Positions 12,636-26,398 of a stretch of DNA of 64,000 nucleotides are shown here, one piece after another. A model generated the notes under the pieces. That model saw only the letters and a program-made list of their open reading frames with translations, had not been told where the DNA came from and did not search any database. The DNA comes from Alloascoidea hylecoeti. Taxonomy: Eukaryota. Position 1 is the first letter of the stretch. Each line of letters opens with the position of its first letter. Where the stretch lies: contig BCKZ01000004.1 of assembly GCA_001600815.1 (NCBI GenBank), positions 957,566-1,021,565 on the forward strand. The letters run 5' to 3'. The position numbers and the translations under genes were made by a program.

Positions 12636-13193
12636 ATGTCAGACTACGGAGAAGACGACGGAGCGTAAGCATATTAGGAGATTCATGACTCATTCTATAT
12701 TGAATTAATTGTACTAATATTTGATATTTTTCTTAGCTTCAATGATGGTGCTCAGGAAAATTTTGCTGATTTCGAGGAAGAGCATTTCTCTGATGAAGGA
12801 TACAATGGAGAAGAAGGAAATGACAAAGTTGATCCAGGTCATGAAATCACTGCTGATGGAAAAACAATAGTCAGTGGTATGGAGGTCGAAGAATTCTCTA
12901 ATGGCAATCATATACCACAAAAGAAGACAGTGAAAGAACTAGCGATTCCAAAAGAAAAAAGGACAACAACTCCTTATATGACAAAATATGAAAGAGCCAG
13001 AATATTAGGTACAAGGGCCTTACAAATAAGTATGAATGCCCCGGTTTTGGTTGACTTGGAGGGAGAAACAGATCCTCTACAAATTGCCATGAAGGAGTTA
13101 GCTCAGAGAAAAATTCCTTTAGTTATCAGAAGGTATCTGCCAGATGGATGTTACGAGGATTGGGGATGTGATGAACTTATCGTTGATTCGTAA
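12636..13193 (+). CDS. RPO26: RNA polymerase I/II/III common subunit Rpb6, 161 aa; exons 12636-12664 and 12737-13193
   Basis: Spliced N-terminus [14 protein letters not shown]. Intron 12665-12736 (GTAAGC...TACTAAT...TAG). Core '[26 protein letters not shown]'. Confidence 0.97.
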
Positions 13194-13443
13194 AAGAATT
13201 GTAATCGATGTTTGAAGCTATAAGGAGATCCAGTGAAAAATAAAAAGCATAGATGGTACATCTTAATGTGTTTCGATTTTGTTAAGCCAAAGTTTTCCCC
13301 TTCATGGGATTGAATATGTACAGTAGTAAATCAAAAACCAGGTAATAATTTAAATAAATGTTTATTATTATAAAAATATATTTGATAATCAATAAGTGGT
13401 TCCTGAAACTAAATAATAATCTTTAGACTCACACCTTTTTTTT

Positions 13444-14072
13444 TTAATCATCCCTAATCATCTCTATAAATCTTGATGCGTTAAATGTTTCGCCTCCTCT
13501 CATCCCCCATTTGGCAAATCCTTTAATGGCAGCGTCTATGTCTTTATTATCCATCCCGGCCTCAATTAGGGATTCTCGTAGTTCATCCATTGGTATAATT
13601 AGATCTTGACCGTTCATCGACATATCTTTCATATCGAAATCATTATCTCCAAATACACTAAAAGCCATATATAAGTCTTCTTTGGTATCAACATCTAATA
13701 AATGTTGAGATATTTTATTTAAAAAGGAACTGAATGTAACTGGTTGTGTAGGACAATTTTCTTTTGATGAATCTAACATATCCTCAGCTAATTGTTCAGC
13801 ATCATTTTCTTCATGTCCCAACGAAATTAACATTTGTTTGAGATCATCATGCTGTATAAATCCGTCTCCATCATTATCTAATAATGTGAAGGCATCTTTT
13901 AATTTGGCTATTTGAGGTTGTGTTAACTGATTAAAAGCTCCTGATATGTTCCTTTTAGTAGTGTATTTTGAGGTTGTGGTTGAATACGATAATCTTGGTT
14001 TTGCCTGGAGAATATGAAACGATCAGTATGAAATTTTAAAATAAATAATTTAAAAGGAATAATACCAACCAT
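13444..14072 (-). CDS. MLC2: Myosin II regulatory light chain (EF-hand), ~187 aa; exon 1 probably the ATG only (14072-14070), exon 2 14004-13444
   Basis: Frame extends upstream of the listed ORF through 'FNQLTQPQIAKLKDAFTLLDNDGDGFI' to an acceptor (TACTGAT...CCAG, 14005). The only nearby phase-0 donor is ATG|GTTGGT. Syntenic with RPO26. Confidence 0.82.
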
Positions 14073-14139
14073 TCTAATTATAATGTTATATATGTCTAAG
14101 TTTAAAGATTTATTAATGTTTTGTTTACCTTTCAACATC

Positions 14140-14146
14140 CGGGTAA
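14140..14146 (-). promoter_or_regulatory. Reb1-type site TTACCCG upstream of MLC2
   Basis: CGGGTAA on + strand, ~68 bp upstream of the ATG. Confidence 0.5.
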
Positions 14147-14651
14147 ACATCTCTTCTTTTTTATATATAAAGGTCTATGGCTACAAATAGTTGTTCCAAT
14201 TCTTTCAGATCAACTTCAAGTGAAATTTCACAAGCTAGTGGTTATTTATGCGTCTCAAAAACTTGTGAAATCTTGATCATGATACATTTTGATCATTGAG
14301 TTAATTAAAAACATAGATAAAGAGTCCTACACAACGTTAACCAAATATTTTTTCCTGAAAAGTCGATTTCTCGAAAGATTTCTGTAAGCTGTTTATAAAA
14401 TAGGATATATGATAGATTGAGTTGAAAGGAATATAATTATGTAAATTTTTATCAGAAGATTGAGAATTTGAGTGGAGTAAAAAATTAGGGTTAAATTCTT
14501 ATTTTTAAAAGAATATAAGCTATCCTAACCTTGGCTATGTATTAATATACAATAAATAGTAATTGTGTTTTGTTAATATGCAAACAAAATAAAAATTAAC
14601 AAAGATTCTGAGCTACTTATGCTGCACTATCACATCCCTCTATCGATGCTG

Positions 14652-15695
14652 TTAGACTGTCATTGGCGTTGAGCCAGTGGATGATATTGAAGGACTTTTT
14701 TCATTCAATTTCCTCTTCTTCTTTAACTTCTTCTTCATTTTTGGAACAGCAGGTTTTCGCCGTAACTGTGCAAGTGCCCTTTCTTCGAACTTACTATCAC
14801 ATATAGGACATGTTTCTCTGTTTGGGACTGATCCAAAAATACAGAGACAAACACTACAAACATAACCTATATCCACCACCTTTTTTGTAAGAATACATGA
14901 TGCCCTAAAATCAATATCATTATTCGTCGGTAGATTCACTAAAGATCTAATACTTGGTTCAACAAACATAGCAGTAAGTAAATATTGTATTATTCCCTTT
15001 GGAACCTTTACTAGCATATAAACACCATTTGTTGCATCAGCAGCTTGCTGAAGAAAAGTAGCTTCCTCGCCAATTTTACAAACATCGATTGGAATCCTCA
15101 TTTTTTGTGCTGCAAATATACAATTCATCAATGAAATATAATGAAAACATTCATCATTGCTGACACTAATTACCAAAATTTTGGATTTTATAAGGGATCT
15201 TCCAGCTTCATTGGAGAGTCGGTTTATAAAAGCGAGTGCTAGTCCTAAAGCACCAGATAATGATGATCGTGTTCTTTCCTCTGAATTTGGTGCATTAATT
15301 AATCGTTGTAAATTTTCAAGGACCATATTATCAATAGCTTTAAATTGGTTATACATTTCATTTCCTGATATTTTTGCATCATTATTACTTTGACCTGGAG
15401 TATCCCCATTAGTATTCTTTTCTCTCCATTTTATTTCATCATCAGGATGAGGTGGGTATAAGAATCTACTTTCATTATTATGAGCAGCAATGACAGCTAC
15501 TGTATTTGCAGTATTTAATGAAATATGCGCATTAACATAAACCAAAACAGCTTTAATGAGCTCTAGTAACGATAATTCATGTTCCACCTTTTCCCATTGT
15601 GTAGGATCGGTGTCTATGATTACCGTGAGATGGCTAGGAGCATTTCCGATCTCATGAATTGTATTATTGAAACCGGTTTCAGCTATGTCGTCCAT
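14652..15695 (-). CDS. TFB4: TFIIH subunit Tfb4/p34, 347 aa
   Basis: vWA-like domain 'YISLMNCIFAAQK', 'FLQQAADATNGVY', plus C4 zinc finger 'IDFRASC...GYVCSVCLCIF...CPIC'. Confidence 0.96.
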   Translation of the reverse strand: MDDIAETGFNNTIHEIGNAPSHLTVIIDTDPTQWEKVEHELSLLELIKAVLVYVNAHISLNTANTVAVIAAHNNESRFLYPPHPDDEIKWREKNTNGDTPGQSNNDAKISGNEMYNQFKAIDNMVLENLQRLINAPNSEERTRSSLSGALGLALAFINRLSNEAGRSLIKSKILVISVSNDECFHYISLMNCIFAAQKMRIPIDVCKIGEEATFLQQAADATNGVYMLVKVPKGIIQYLLTAMFVEPSIRSLVNLPTNNDIDFRASCILTKKVVDIGYVCSVCLCIFGSVPNRETCPICDSKFEERALAQLRRKPAVPKMKKKLKKKRKLNEKSPSISSTGSTPMTV

Positions 15696-15750
15696 GAAAA
15701 TGGTAATACGGATTATATTGAGGAGAAGTTTAATGTTGCAAACGTAAAGT

Positions 15751-15757
15751 CGGGTAA
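15751..15757 (-). promoter_or_regulatory. Reb1-type site TTACCCG upstream of TFB4
   Basis: CGGGTAA on + strand, ~56 bp upstream of the ATG. Confidence 0.5.
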
Positions 15758-18504
15758 CTTAAATATTTATAAAAATACTACCATAAACGGTGACCCTATT
15801 CGTGACTCGTGGCTGAGACTCGAAGTCTGTCTGAAACTTAAGCTTGACGAAAACGATTGGTATATTCTAGCCATTCTGGTTTACCAGTCGTATAACATAT
15901 TCTAATAGTGAATGTGTGCCTAAATATTTCTTGTTCATAGTCTCTCGCGTTTTATTGATTAGGTTATACTTTCCTTCTCCGGTTTATTTTCAGAATTTTT
16001 GAATGTTTGATATCAGAAGGAAAATTGTACCAGGTACACATCGCTGTAATCTAAGCATTCAATTTTCAAATGTCGAAATTAAAGGGTTCGACGGAAACAC
16101 AAATTGAATAGATCCAGAGATGAATTAAATGATAATTCTGTTAACTTTGCCCATTTATTTCCGTCGAATGCTTTAATTTGGACATGAGAATCTGAGAGCC
16201 ACATTGGCATTTAAAGTTTACGGCTTCTCCGTCTCGAACCGGGAATATCGATATCTAATTTTAGTTGACTCTGTAGTAGAGTCTGTACCAACATGTTCGA
16301 TCACATTCAAACGTTTTACATGTACTCCATTCGAACTTCAGCCTAAATTTTTACATATGTTTAAGGGTCCAGTTGTAAAATATAGTAGACAAATTAATTT
16401 TAATCTATTTATAATTACAGCTATAGTACTATTTTCTTTCTATTCGGCGGCTGTATCTCTTCAATTCCCATTTCTTTTCTCCATAAATATGTATTGCAGC
16501 TAATCTCATTTCTAGTTGTTTCGGCAGCTCGGAAATGATATTGATAGCTGGAATGGGGATACAATATTGCCATCAGAAATGAGAATTGAAGCATGAATTC
16601 GAAGAACTCCTGGATCTAGATGTAGGGAATCGCCTCCATGCACTCTAGATCTGTATACCACATGTCACCATGGTTTAAATATAAGGCTGGAAACAAGTGA
16701 AAAACTATTATAGGCTCAGGCTTGGGAAATAGGTTTCTAAGAAATTAAGAATTATAATTAGCCAAGTGGCCAGAGACATCCACTTTTGCAAAGAAACGAC
16801 ATGCAGATGTCATGTCAGCCGTATCTCATAGACACACTTAACAAATGCATAAAGAACTCCCATCTACAAGTTTTATAATCATGATCTGGTCAATAGATTT
16901 GTAGCCGGACTTAGCTTTACAAAGCGTTTCATTTTTAAATCATCAATCTCAATCGTCTCGAGTGGTAATATCAACAGTAACATATATTATATCATTGCCT
17001 AATTTTAAGTTTTATTTTATTTTATTTTGTAAATGAGTCGCCTTATTTTTGGTCCATATATTCCAATTAAAATTATAGCTTACAAACACCAATAATCTCA
17101 TTGCGATGGTGATTGAATCAGATTTATATAAATTATATGTTGTATTAAGATTAAATTTATATTTGAAACATGCAATTAATTTCGATTACAAATCTTTGAT
17201 TTATAATTGATTATTCTATTCAAAATTCAAAAATGTTCATGGTACATGTATCGGTATTCTATATCATAGTAGAGCACGATATACCGGTAGGTTTTCTAGA
17301 TCTTAGTACTCGAGCTCTTACAGATTGTTATTTATGAGTCCCTATATGAACTTTCATGATCCGATCATTAAGGAACGCAAAAAATTATAAAAAGTGCTAT
17401 ATATCGGATAATACTATTAATCCAAATCGAAAATTATAATGTGATAATGTAAGGCCTTATAGGTAAATTTATTAGTTAATTAGATTATTATGAATAATAA
17501 TGTTTTCTTTTTAAATTGTGTCTTAAAATAAAATAGTATATTAGTAAACAATTAGTGGCAATTAACGACAGCATGTCATTGTAAATGAAGAAAGCGAATA
17601 GTTAAAATCAAATATTAATCATATGGTTTAAAATGTGGAAAAAAACTCCATTAGCATATACCCTAAATGTTTCAACAATATATCATTTTATAGTTTGTAG
17701 ATATTTTCTCAATTGTCTGATAAATTGATATCAATTAAATTGCAAATAAAAAAATTAAAAATAGATAGTTCTAAGTCAAATATTAACTTTCATATAATAA
17801 CCCAGAAACAAGCGAAAAGTGTTCCACAATAAAAGAGAAATATAAAACGATTGTGGGCAATATAACTGAAAAGTTTTCTAGATATTGCTCACCGTTATTA
17901 GCTATAAGTTCTTATATGAAATGACCATGTGGATAAGAGCACTGGTATTTAGATTAGACCTGATAATGATAGATTAGCTAGTTGATTTATGTTATTTTTC
18001 AAACTGAGGTTTGAAAAAAAGAGATGGAATAAAATAGGAACAAAACTAATAGAAACTGTATTAAAGGAAAGGGAGGAGCACTTTAAAATAACAAATTAGT
18101 GGTCATGAATATTTTGTTTTTCTTTATTTGGAATAATAAAAAGGGAATTTTGCAAAAAGAAAAGAAAATGACTAGCTATATAAAAAGCATTGTAAGCAAA
18201 AAAATTATTGTTTTAATAATATTAAGTTATATTATAACAAAAAGATCAAAAATCAATTGCAAAATAAGAATTCAATCAAATAAAAGCTTAAGTTAAGGAT
18301 AGTGATGTTTTTTTTATAATAGAATCTAAAATTAAATAAGGTAAATAAAAGTAAATAAGTAAGTAAATTAAGATATAATCAACAACAATATAAAAAAAAA
18401 AGTGAAATGAAAAAAGCGGATAAAACTTATATAGTATAATAATAACAGTTAATTTATGTTTTTTTAAATCTTTTTATGCTTAAAAATCAAATTTTCAAAT
18501 TCAA

Positions 18505-20706
18505 TTAATAAAAATGTGTAAATTTCATTGAATCAGGATGAATTGGCCATTCTCTTTTCAATTCGTTTAATTCATTCCTTATTTGAGCAGCTAAAAATGG
18601 TGTTAATTGATTACATGTTGCAACTTCTGGTGTTCGATCATAATCTATTGGATTAAAAGTATCAAAAACTAAAATCTTAGATGAAAAATGAACACAAGGA
18701 TTAAATGATATTGAATCATCCATAGATGCATCATACAGTGTATTAGTATTATTATCTGAAATTTGTGATAAAAATGGATTTTTAGAATGATCTCTATTAT
18801 TTAGTGGTGGTAATGGAGGTGGTTTTATTTGAGGTGGATTTGATGTTTTTGTTGTACTATAATTTGGTTGAGTTTGAGAAGTTGGTATCACTGTTCCATT
18901 TGTACCTTTTATAGGCGCACCTGCTTTATTAGCTAATGATTGTGCTGAATTGTTAACAGATGTAATTAATTTTTGTTGATAAGAAGAATAACCACTTAAA
19001 TCAACATTACTATGATTTTCTTCATCATGAGTAGTAAAACTATGTGAAGATCTTGGTGTATCTGTAGAACTAACAGGTGGTGATGAACGTTTTTTTCTTA
19101 AAGATTGAAATCTTGCAACAGATGCTGGAGTTGGGGTTGAATTTTGAGATACTGACATTGTTGAAGTTGCTATTGATGCAGAACGAGACCGGGGTGATGT
19201 AACTGTGGTTTCATTAATACCTAATTTATCAAAGACATCAAGATTAATACCAAGGTTTATACCAGTGTCAAGTTCCGGTAATTCAAAATTGATAAAAGAA
19301 TAATCCGTTGACATCCTATTATTATTATTATTATTATTATTATTTGTAGGTTTTGTTGAAGTAGAAGTAGAAGGATCAGAATCATTTGATTTTGTATTAA
19401 AAGAATTCTTTTCAGGTGTTGGTAAAGGACTAATTTGAACTTTGAAAGAAGGATTTGTTTTTTTTAAAATACTTGCTCTTCTTGTTGTAATACCTAACCC
19501 AACACCAGCATCAAGACTATTCATTTCACCTAATTGACTACCACGTATACTTCTTGGACTTTTTGGATCAGTATCTTGATTTAAATTAACATTTTCAAGT
19601 GATGATATAACTTCAACAATAAAATTATCATCAGTTCTAAAACTCATTCTAACATTTCTTTTTCTTTCTTTTTCTTTTTGTTTTTCTTTTTCATCTTCAA
19701 TATCTTCTTCAATAATTTGAGAATCATTAATTATTGTATTTCTGTTAAAAGCATCATCCTGTTCTTTAATTAATTCATCTAAATTTTTATTTGCATCATT
19801 TGGAATTATTGTTGAATTTGGTCTTGATCTTTCAGATATAATTGATCTTATTGATCTAATAGATTTATTTCTTTCCATTGTATTTTTTCTTGCAATTTCT
19901 AATGAAGCTCTAATTAAATTTGATTCTTGTGGATCTAATCTTTTAGGAAAAATTGTATCATTTAATAAATTTTTTTCAAAATCACTATCTATTGAAGTGA
20001 TATTATCATTGTCATTAATATCTTTAGAATTTGTATTATTAGATAAAGAAGTTGAAATTTGAGGTTTTGAAGTCGGAACTTGAAAAGAAAAAGATAATGG
20101 GGCTGAAGTGACAGATGTTGGAACAGAAGAAAATGAGTTATCGTATTCATGGGCATAATTATTATGTGAGGTACTATTGAAACTCTCATGAGTTAATTCA
20201 GGTTCATTAATATGATCATCGAAATTTGATGTCATTATGGACGCACTCGAAGAAAGATTTGAATGAGAGGTATTTCTTTTAAATATATTAAAGATTGAAG
20301 ATTTCTTCTTCAAGGTATTTCCACCGCCATTTATTATAGAACCTTGGGAGGAGAATAAAGGGAGCGTAGCAGATGATTGAATGGAAGTGGCCGTGTCACT
20401 CTTGACTAGTTGGGAGTAAGCAGACACGCTTCTTTGTTTTGGAGAACTTGGATAGCTTTGATCAGGAAGATTAAGAGACTCTGAGCTTCTTCCTATTTTG
20501 AAGAGGGAGTAAAACGAACGTTTTCTTCTTGGTTCTCTATGAGGTTTTCCATTTCGCACGTCCTTCGCGTTTGGGTCTCTTGGGTCGACGGATTGTTCCC
20601 CCACCCCCGGAGACGAGGTGGGGGAGGGAGATCTTGAAGGCGACGCAGAGGAGTAGACGGAGTAGGAGGATTCTGAGGGCCTGGAAGGAATGGACGGCCT
20701 TAACAT
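18505..20706 (-). CDS. BNI4: Bni4-like bud-neck PP1 (Glc7) targeting protein, ~733 aa
   Basis: Ser/Asn-rich body. C-terminus 'VHFSSKILVFDTF..DYDR.PEVATCNQLTP.LA..IRNELNELK...IHPDSMKFTHFY' matches the conserved Bni4 tail. First ATG at 20706. Confidence 0.82.
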   Translation of the reverse strand: MLRPSIPSRPSESSYSVYSSASPSRSPSPTSSPGVGEQSVDPRDPNAKDVRNGKPHREPRRKRSFYSLFKIGRSSESLNLPDQSYPSSPKQRSVSAYSQLVKSDTATSIQSSATLPLFSSQGSIINGGGNTLKKKSSIFNIFKRNTSHSNLSSSASIMTSNFDDHINEPELTHESFNSTSHNNYAHEYDNSFSSVPTSVTSAPLSFSFQVPTSKPQISTSLSNNTNSKDINDNDNITSIDSDFEKNLLNDTIFPKRLDPQESNLIRASLEIARKNTMERNKSIRSIRSIISERSRPNSTIIPNDANKNLDELIKEQDDAFNRNTIINDSQIIEEDIEDEKEKQKEKERKRNVRMSFRTDDNFIVEVISSLENVNLNQDTDPKSPRSIRGSQLGEMNSLDAGVGLGITTRRASILKKTNPSFKVQISPLPTPEKNSFNTKSNDSDPSTSTSTKPTNNNNNNNNNRMSTDYSFINFELPELDTGINLGINLDVFDKLGINETTVTSPRSRSASIATSTMSVSQNSTPTPASVARFQSLRKKRSSPPVSSTDTPRSSHSFTTHDEENHSNVDLSGYSSYQQKLITSVNNSAQSLANKAGAPIKGTNGTVIPTSQTQPNYSTTKTSNPPQIKPPPLPPLNNRDHSKNPFLSQISDNNTNTLYDASMDDSISFNPCVHFSSKILVFDTFNPIDYDRTPEVATCNQLTPFLAAQIRNELNELKREWPIHPDSMKFTHFY
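19318..19343 (-). repeat. (AAT)n run encoding poly-Asn in BNI4
   Basis: attattattattattattattatt on + strand. Confidence 0.8.
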
Positions 20707-20780
20707 TACTGGGTGCTGGAGAGAGGGGAGACTCTTGGAGGACGGACTTCTGCAAACACAAAGCAGTTGAGGCGTCGCGG

Positions 20781-20787
20781 TTACCCG
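20781..20787 (+). promoter_or_regulatory. Reb1-type site in the 140-bp BNI4/SWS2 divergent promoter
   Basis: TTACCCG midway between the two ATGs (20706 and 20847). Confidence 0.55.
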
Positions 20788-20846
20788 GAGTCCGTTCCTC
20801 TGTTTTGCACTTTTTTGCAACACCACTGGCGACCTCTATAATTATA

Positions 20847-21319
20847 ATGGTGCTCATCAACGGTCGCAAGTTCCGAGGGAACCAGATGATAAGGGTATGT
20901 CCGCTGCTCCTTCCCCGTCAATGCTGTCACTAACACCGCACTAGATTGCTCTGGCCACCAAGTTCTTTGGAATCGGGCCTGCCAATGCCCAGCAAATCTG
21001 CTCCAAGCTGCTGTTTTACCCAGAAATGCGGATGCATCAGTTGGGAGAGCAGCAGATCCTCGCCATTTCCAAGGAGCTGACCAACTACACAATCGACAGA
21101 GAAGCCAAACGGGAGGTGCTCAACAACATTGCGATCAAGAGAGATATCGGTAGTTATGCCGGTATGCGACACTCTTTGAGTCTGCCAGTGCGTGGTCAGC
21201 GAACAAGAAGCAACGCCAGAACCGCACGACGGCTCAACCACATCAAACGACGTTTATATTCAACCGATGCCTCTCCGTCTCCGTCAAAATGGTCCAACTG
21301 GCTGGCATGGCTTTTCTGA
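20847..21319 (+). CDS. SWS2: Mitochondrial ribosomal protein uS13m, 140 aa; exons 20847-20894 and 20945-21319
   Basis: 50-nt intron GTATGT...CACTAAC...TAG. Spliced '[27 protein letters not shown]...[25 protein letters not shown]' (S13 signature). Confidence 0.95.
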
Positions 21320-21435
21320 GTGTTCTCACTGTTATAGCTTTTGTACATAGTAATTGCATGTGTAATTCTCAGCACAAACATTTCAAGTAGCCTTTAAATT
21401 CGTGAATAACCTTTAAATATAGTTGATCTAAATAA

Positions 21436-24158
<2,723 letters not shown>

Positions 24159-24808
24159 TCTTGTATGGGTTTCATTAAAGATGGGAACTGGTTTATATAA
24201 TAGTGAAGGATATAATATCAAATAAAATAAATACATAACTATAGCTATAATGCCGCCAATTCCATGTAATACTATCTCATATCAAATCTGGAGAAAAGGA
24301 TCGTTTATCATTCTAGATTCTAATACCATGAAACGGCTTAATTTCAACCATTGGAACATTCTCGTTATTGTAGAAATATACACTTCGACTGTCAGCACAG
24401 AATGATATGGTTTCTCTTCAGTTAAGAGGTTTCCCGTTAAATATTCAATAAATTTGAAAAAACCTGAGAGCCAAAACTTAAATCGCCATGGTGTATCCTT
24501 TAATAATCAATATTGTGAACTAATTAATTGGTTGTATCATGACGAAAATTGATTATAAATATTGGCCGATAATTACTAGTCATCATGACCTAAATTAAGT
24601 GAAATGACTACATAAAGATTATGTAATATAATTATAACTAGCCACTATTTTCCTGTAGCTGTGATGCTGATCGCGTAATATTGCTTCATCCAGTAAAACT
24701 GATTACATTTTTATTCTTACTCATCTCTTACAATAAAGACTCTTAGTCATTAAATCTAGAATTATATTGTTTGATTTTGTATACCGGTAAATTTATACAA
24801 TTATTTAT

Positions 24809-26140
24809 TTATTTCTTATAGCCTAATTCTTCTAAGCTTGATTTAATTGCGCTGAAAACAATATCAGCATCATTTCTACCTTCTTGAACGACAGAAACAC
24901 CCATATGACCTATTCTAAAATAAGAAGTTGCACGGCCTTTGTATAAACCACCAGCTAAAACAACACCTTTTTTAGCAATCAAAGGTAATAAGTCAGCATT
25001 TGAAATTCCATCAGGTAAATAAACAGCTGTTAAACCATTGGCAGAAACTTCTGGAGTATTTGAAACTAATTTAAGTCCTAAATCATTTTTCAATTGATTT
25101 TTAAAGTTTTTAGAAACTTCAGCATGTTTCTTAAATCTTGCTTCAATACCATTTTCAAGTACTTCATCTAAAGAGGCATTTAAAGCAGTTATTGTTTGAA
25201 CTGCAGGAGTTGCAAAATAAGCACCATTACCAGATTCGTAGGCATTCATAATTGGAGTCCATCTTTTTAAACTTGCAAAGAAAGTAGAGTTTTCTTTTCG
25301 GTTTAATGCAAATTTAACAGCTCTTTCACTTGCAAAAGAAACAGATAAACCAGCTGGACAACTCAAAGCCTTTTGAGAAGCAGTCAATACGAAATCAAGA
25401 CCCCATTCATCAAATCTAATTTCTTCAACACCAACGGAGCAAACACCATCAACAATAATAAGAGTTTCTGGTGAAACTTTATGAACAATTTCAGATAAAG
25501 ATTTAATATCACTAACAACAGCAGTTGAAGTATCAACATGTGTCACAGTAATAATTGCATATTTGTTTGCTTTTAATTCTGCTTCGACTTGTTTAAGATC
25601 AACAGCATCACCACATGGAGCAGATAAGATTTTAACATCAGCACCATATGTTGAAAGACAGTCAGCAAAGGAATCACCAAAAAATCCAGAAGATAATAAT
25701 AAAGCCTTGTCACCTTTATTAATTAGATTGGAAGCAACAATATCCCAACCAAGAGTACCAGATCCAGCAATGACATAAGGTTGAGCATTTGAATCAGTTG
25801 AAATGAAGACTTTTCTTAATTTTTTCAATACTTGTTGAAAAGTACTAATAAATTGTGGAGAAGTATGAGCTTGAGAAGGTGTTGCCATTGCAGCAAGAAC
25901 TTTATCAGAAAACTCGATTGGACCAGGAATCATGGTCAATGGATGAGCAGCTTGATGATATTCAAAAGACATTTTAGATTTGAAAGTATTTGATAATGGA
26001 CGAGAAAAAGTAGATGATTGCAATTGATGGTTAACAATTGAGGAAGAGGATAGAAATTGAGCTTTGGACGATGTGGAAGAGAAAAGAAAAGGTTTTGGTT
26101 TGGCAGCGATCTTATTTAAATATGAAAAAAGCCGGGTCAT
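24809..26140 (-). CDS. AGX1: Alanine:glyoxylate aminotransferase (class V PLP); long form 443 aa from 26140, short form 387 aa from 25972
   Basis: 'LTMIPGPIEFS', 'GSGTLGWD', 'THVDTST', 'VDGVCS', PLP lysine in 'TASQKAL', 'YFATP', 'FRIGHMG'. Confidence 0.94.
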   Translation of the reverse strand: MTRLFSYLNKIAAKPKPFLFSSTSSKAQFLSSSSIVNHQLQSSTFSRPLSNTFKSKMSFEYHQAAHPLTMIPGPIEFSDKVLAAMATPSQAHTSPQFISTFQQVLKKLRKVFISTDSNAQPYVIAGSGTLGWDIVASNLINKGDKALLLSSGFFGDSFADCLSTYGADVKILSAPCGDAVDLKQVEAELKANKYAIITVTHVDTSTAVVSDIKSLSEIVHKVSPETLIIVDGVCSVGVEEIRFDEWGLDFVLTASQKALSCPAGLSVSFASERAVKFALNRKENSTFFASLKRWTPIMNAYESGNGAYFATPAVQTITALNASLDEVLENGIEARFKKHAEVSKNFKNQLKNDLGLKLVSNTPEVSANGLTAVYLPDGISNADLLPLIAKKGVVLAGGLYKGRATSYFRIGHMGVSVVQEGRNDADIVFSAIKSSLEELGYKK

Positions 26141-26398
26141 AATAATGATTGGGGAGAGCACGTGCGAGATTTAGATTTAGATAAAATGATAAACCAAATA
26201 AAAGAATATTAAATATTATAAATATTATGAATTAATTAAAAGCCGTTTAAACTCGGAGTTGAAAACTTAACAAATCCTTACTTTGGAGGAGTTTGGGGGA
26301 GTTCTGAAATATCCCTGGCCAATGGCGGAGAAGAAGTTGTTGGGCCCCGGATTTTTCCTTTTCCCTTTTCGCTTATCGGGTCGGCTGGTTAACGTTGT

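Noticed and set aside
14485..14493. TTAGGGTTA as a telomerase RNA template
   Set aside because: Lies in a ~580-bp gap between TFB4 and MLC2, too small for a typical yeast TER; a chance match or Tbf1-type site is more likely.
16080..16100. GGTTCGA as a tRNA T-loop (similar words near 37731 and 37909)
   Set aside because: No cloverleaf or A-box context.
20945..21200. Alternative CUG decoding (Ser/Ala clades)
   Set aside because: CTG codons fall at conserved Leu positions in uS13m (IAL, SKL, LPVRG).
20529..21381. Overlapping ORFs of 61-134 aa around SWS2
   Set aside because: By-products of the local GC island; explained by BNI4 and spliced SWS2.
24800..24830. Cryptic PTS1 on AGX1 by stop read-through
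   Set aside because: The ORF ends TAA TAA, so no extension is possible.
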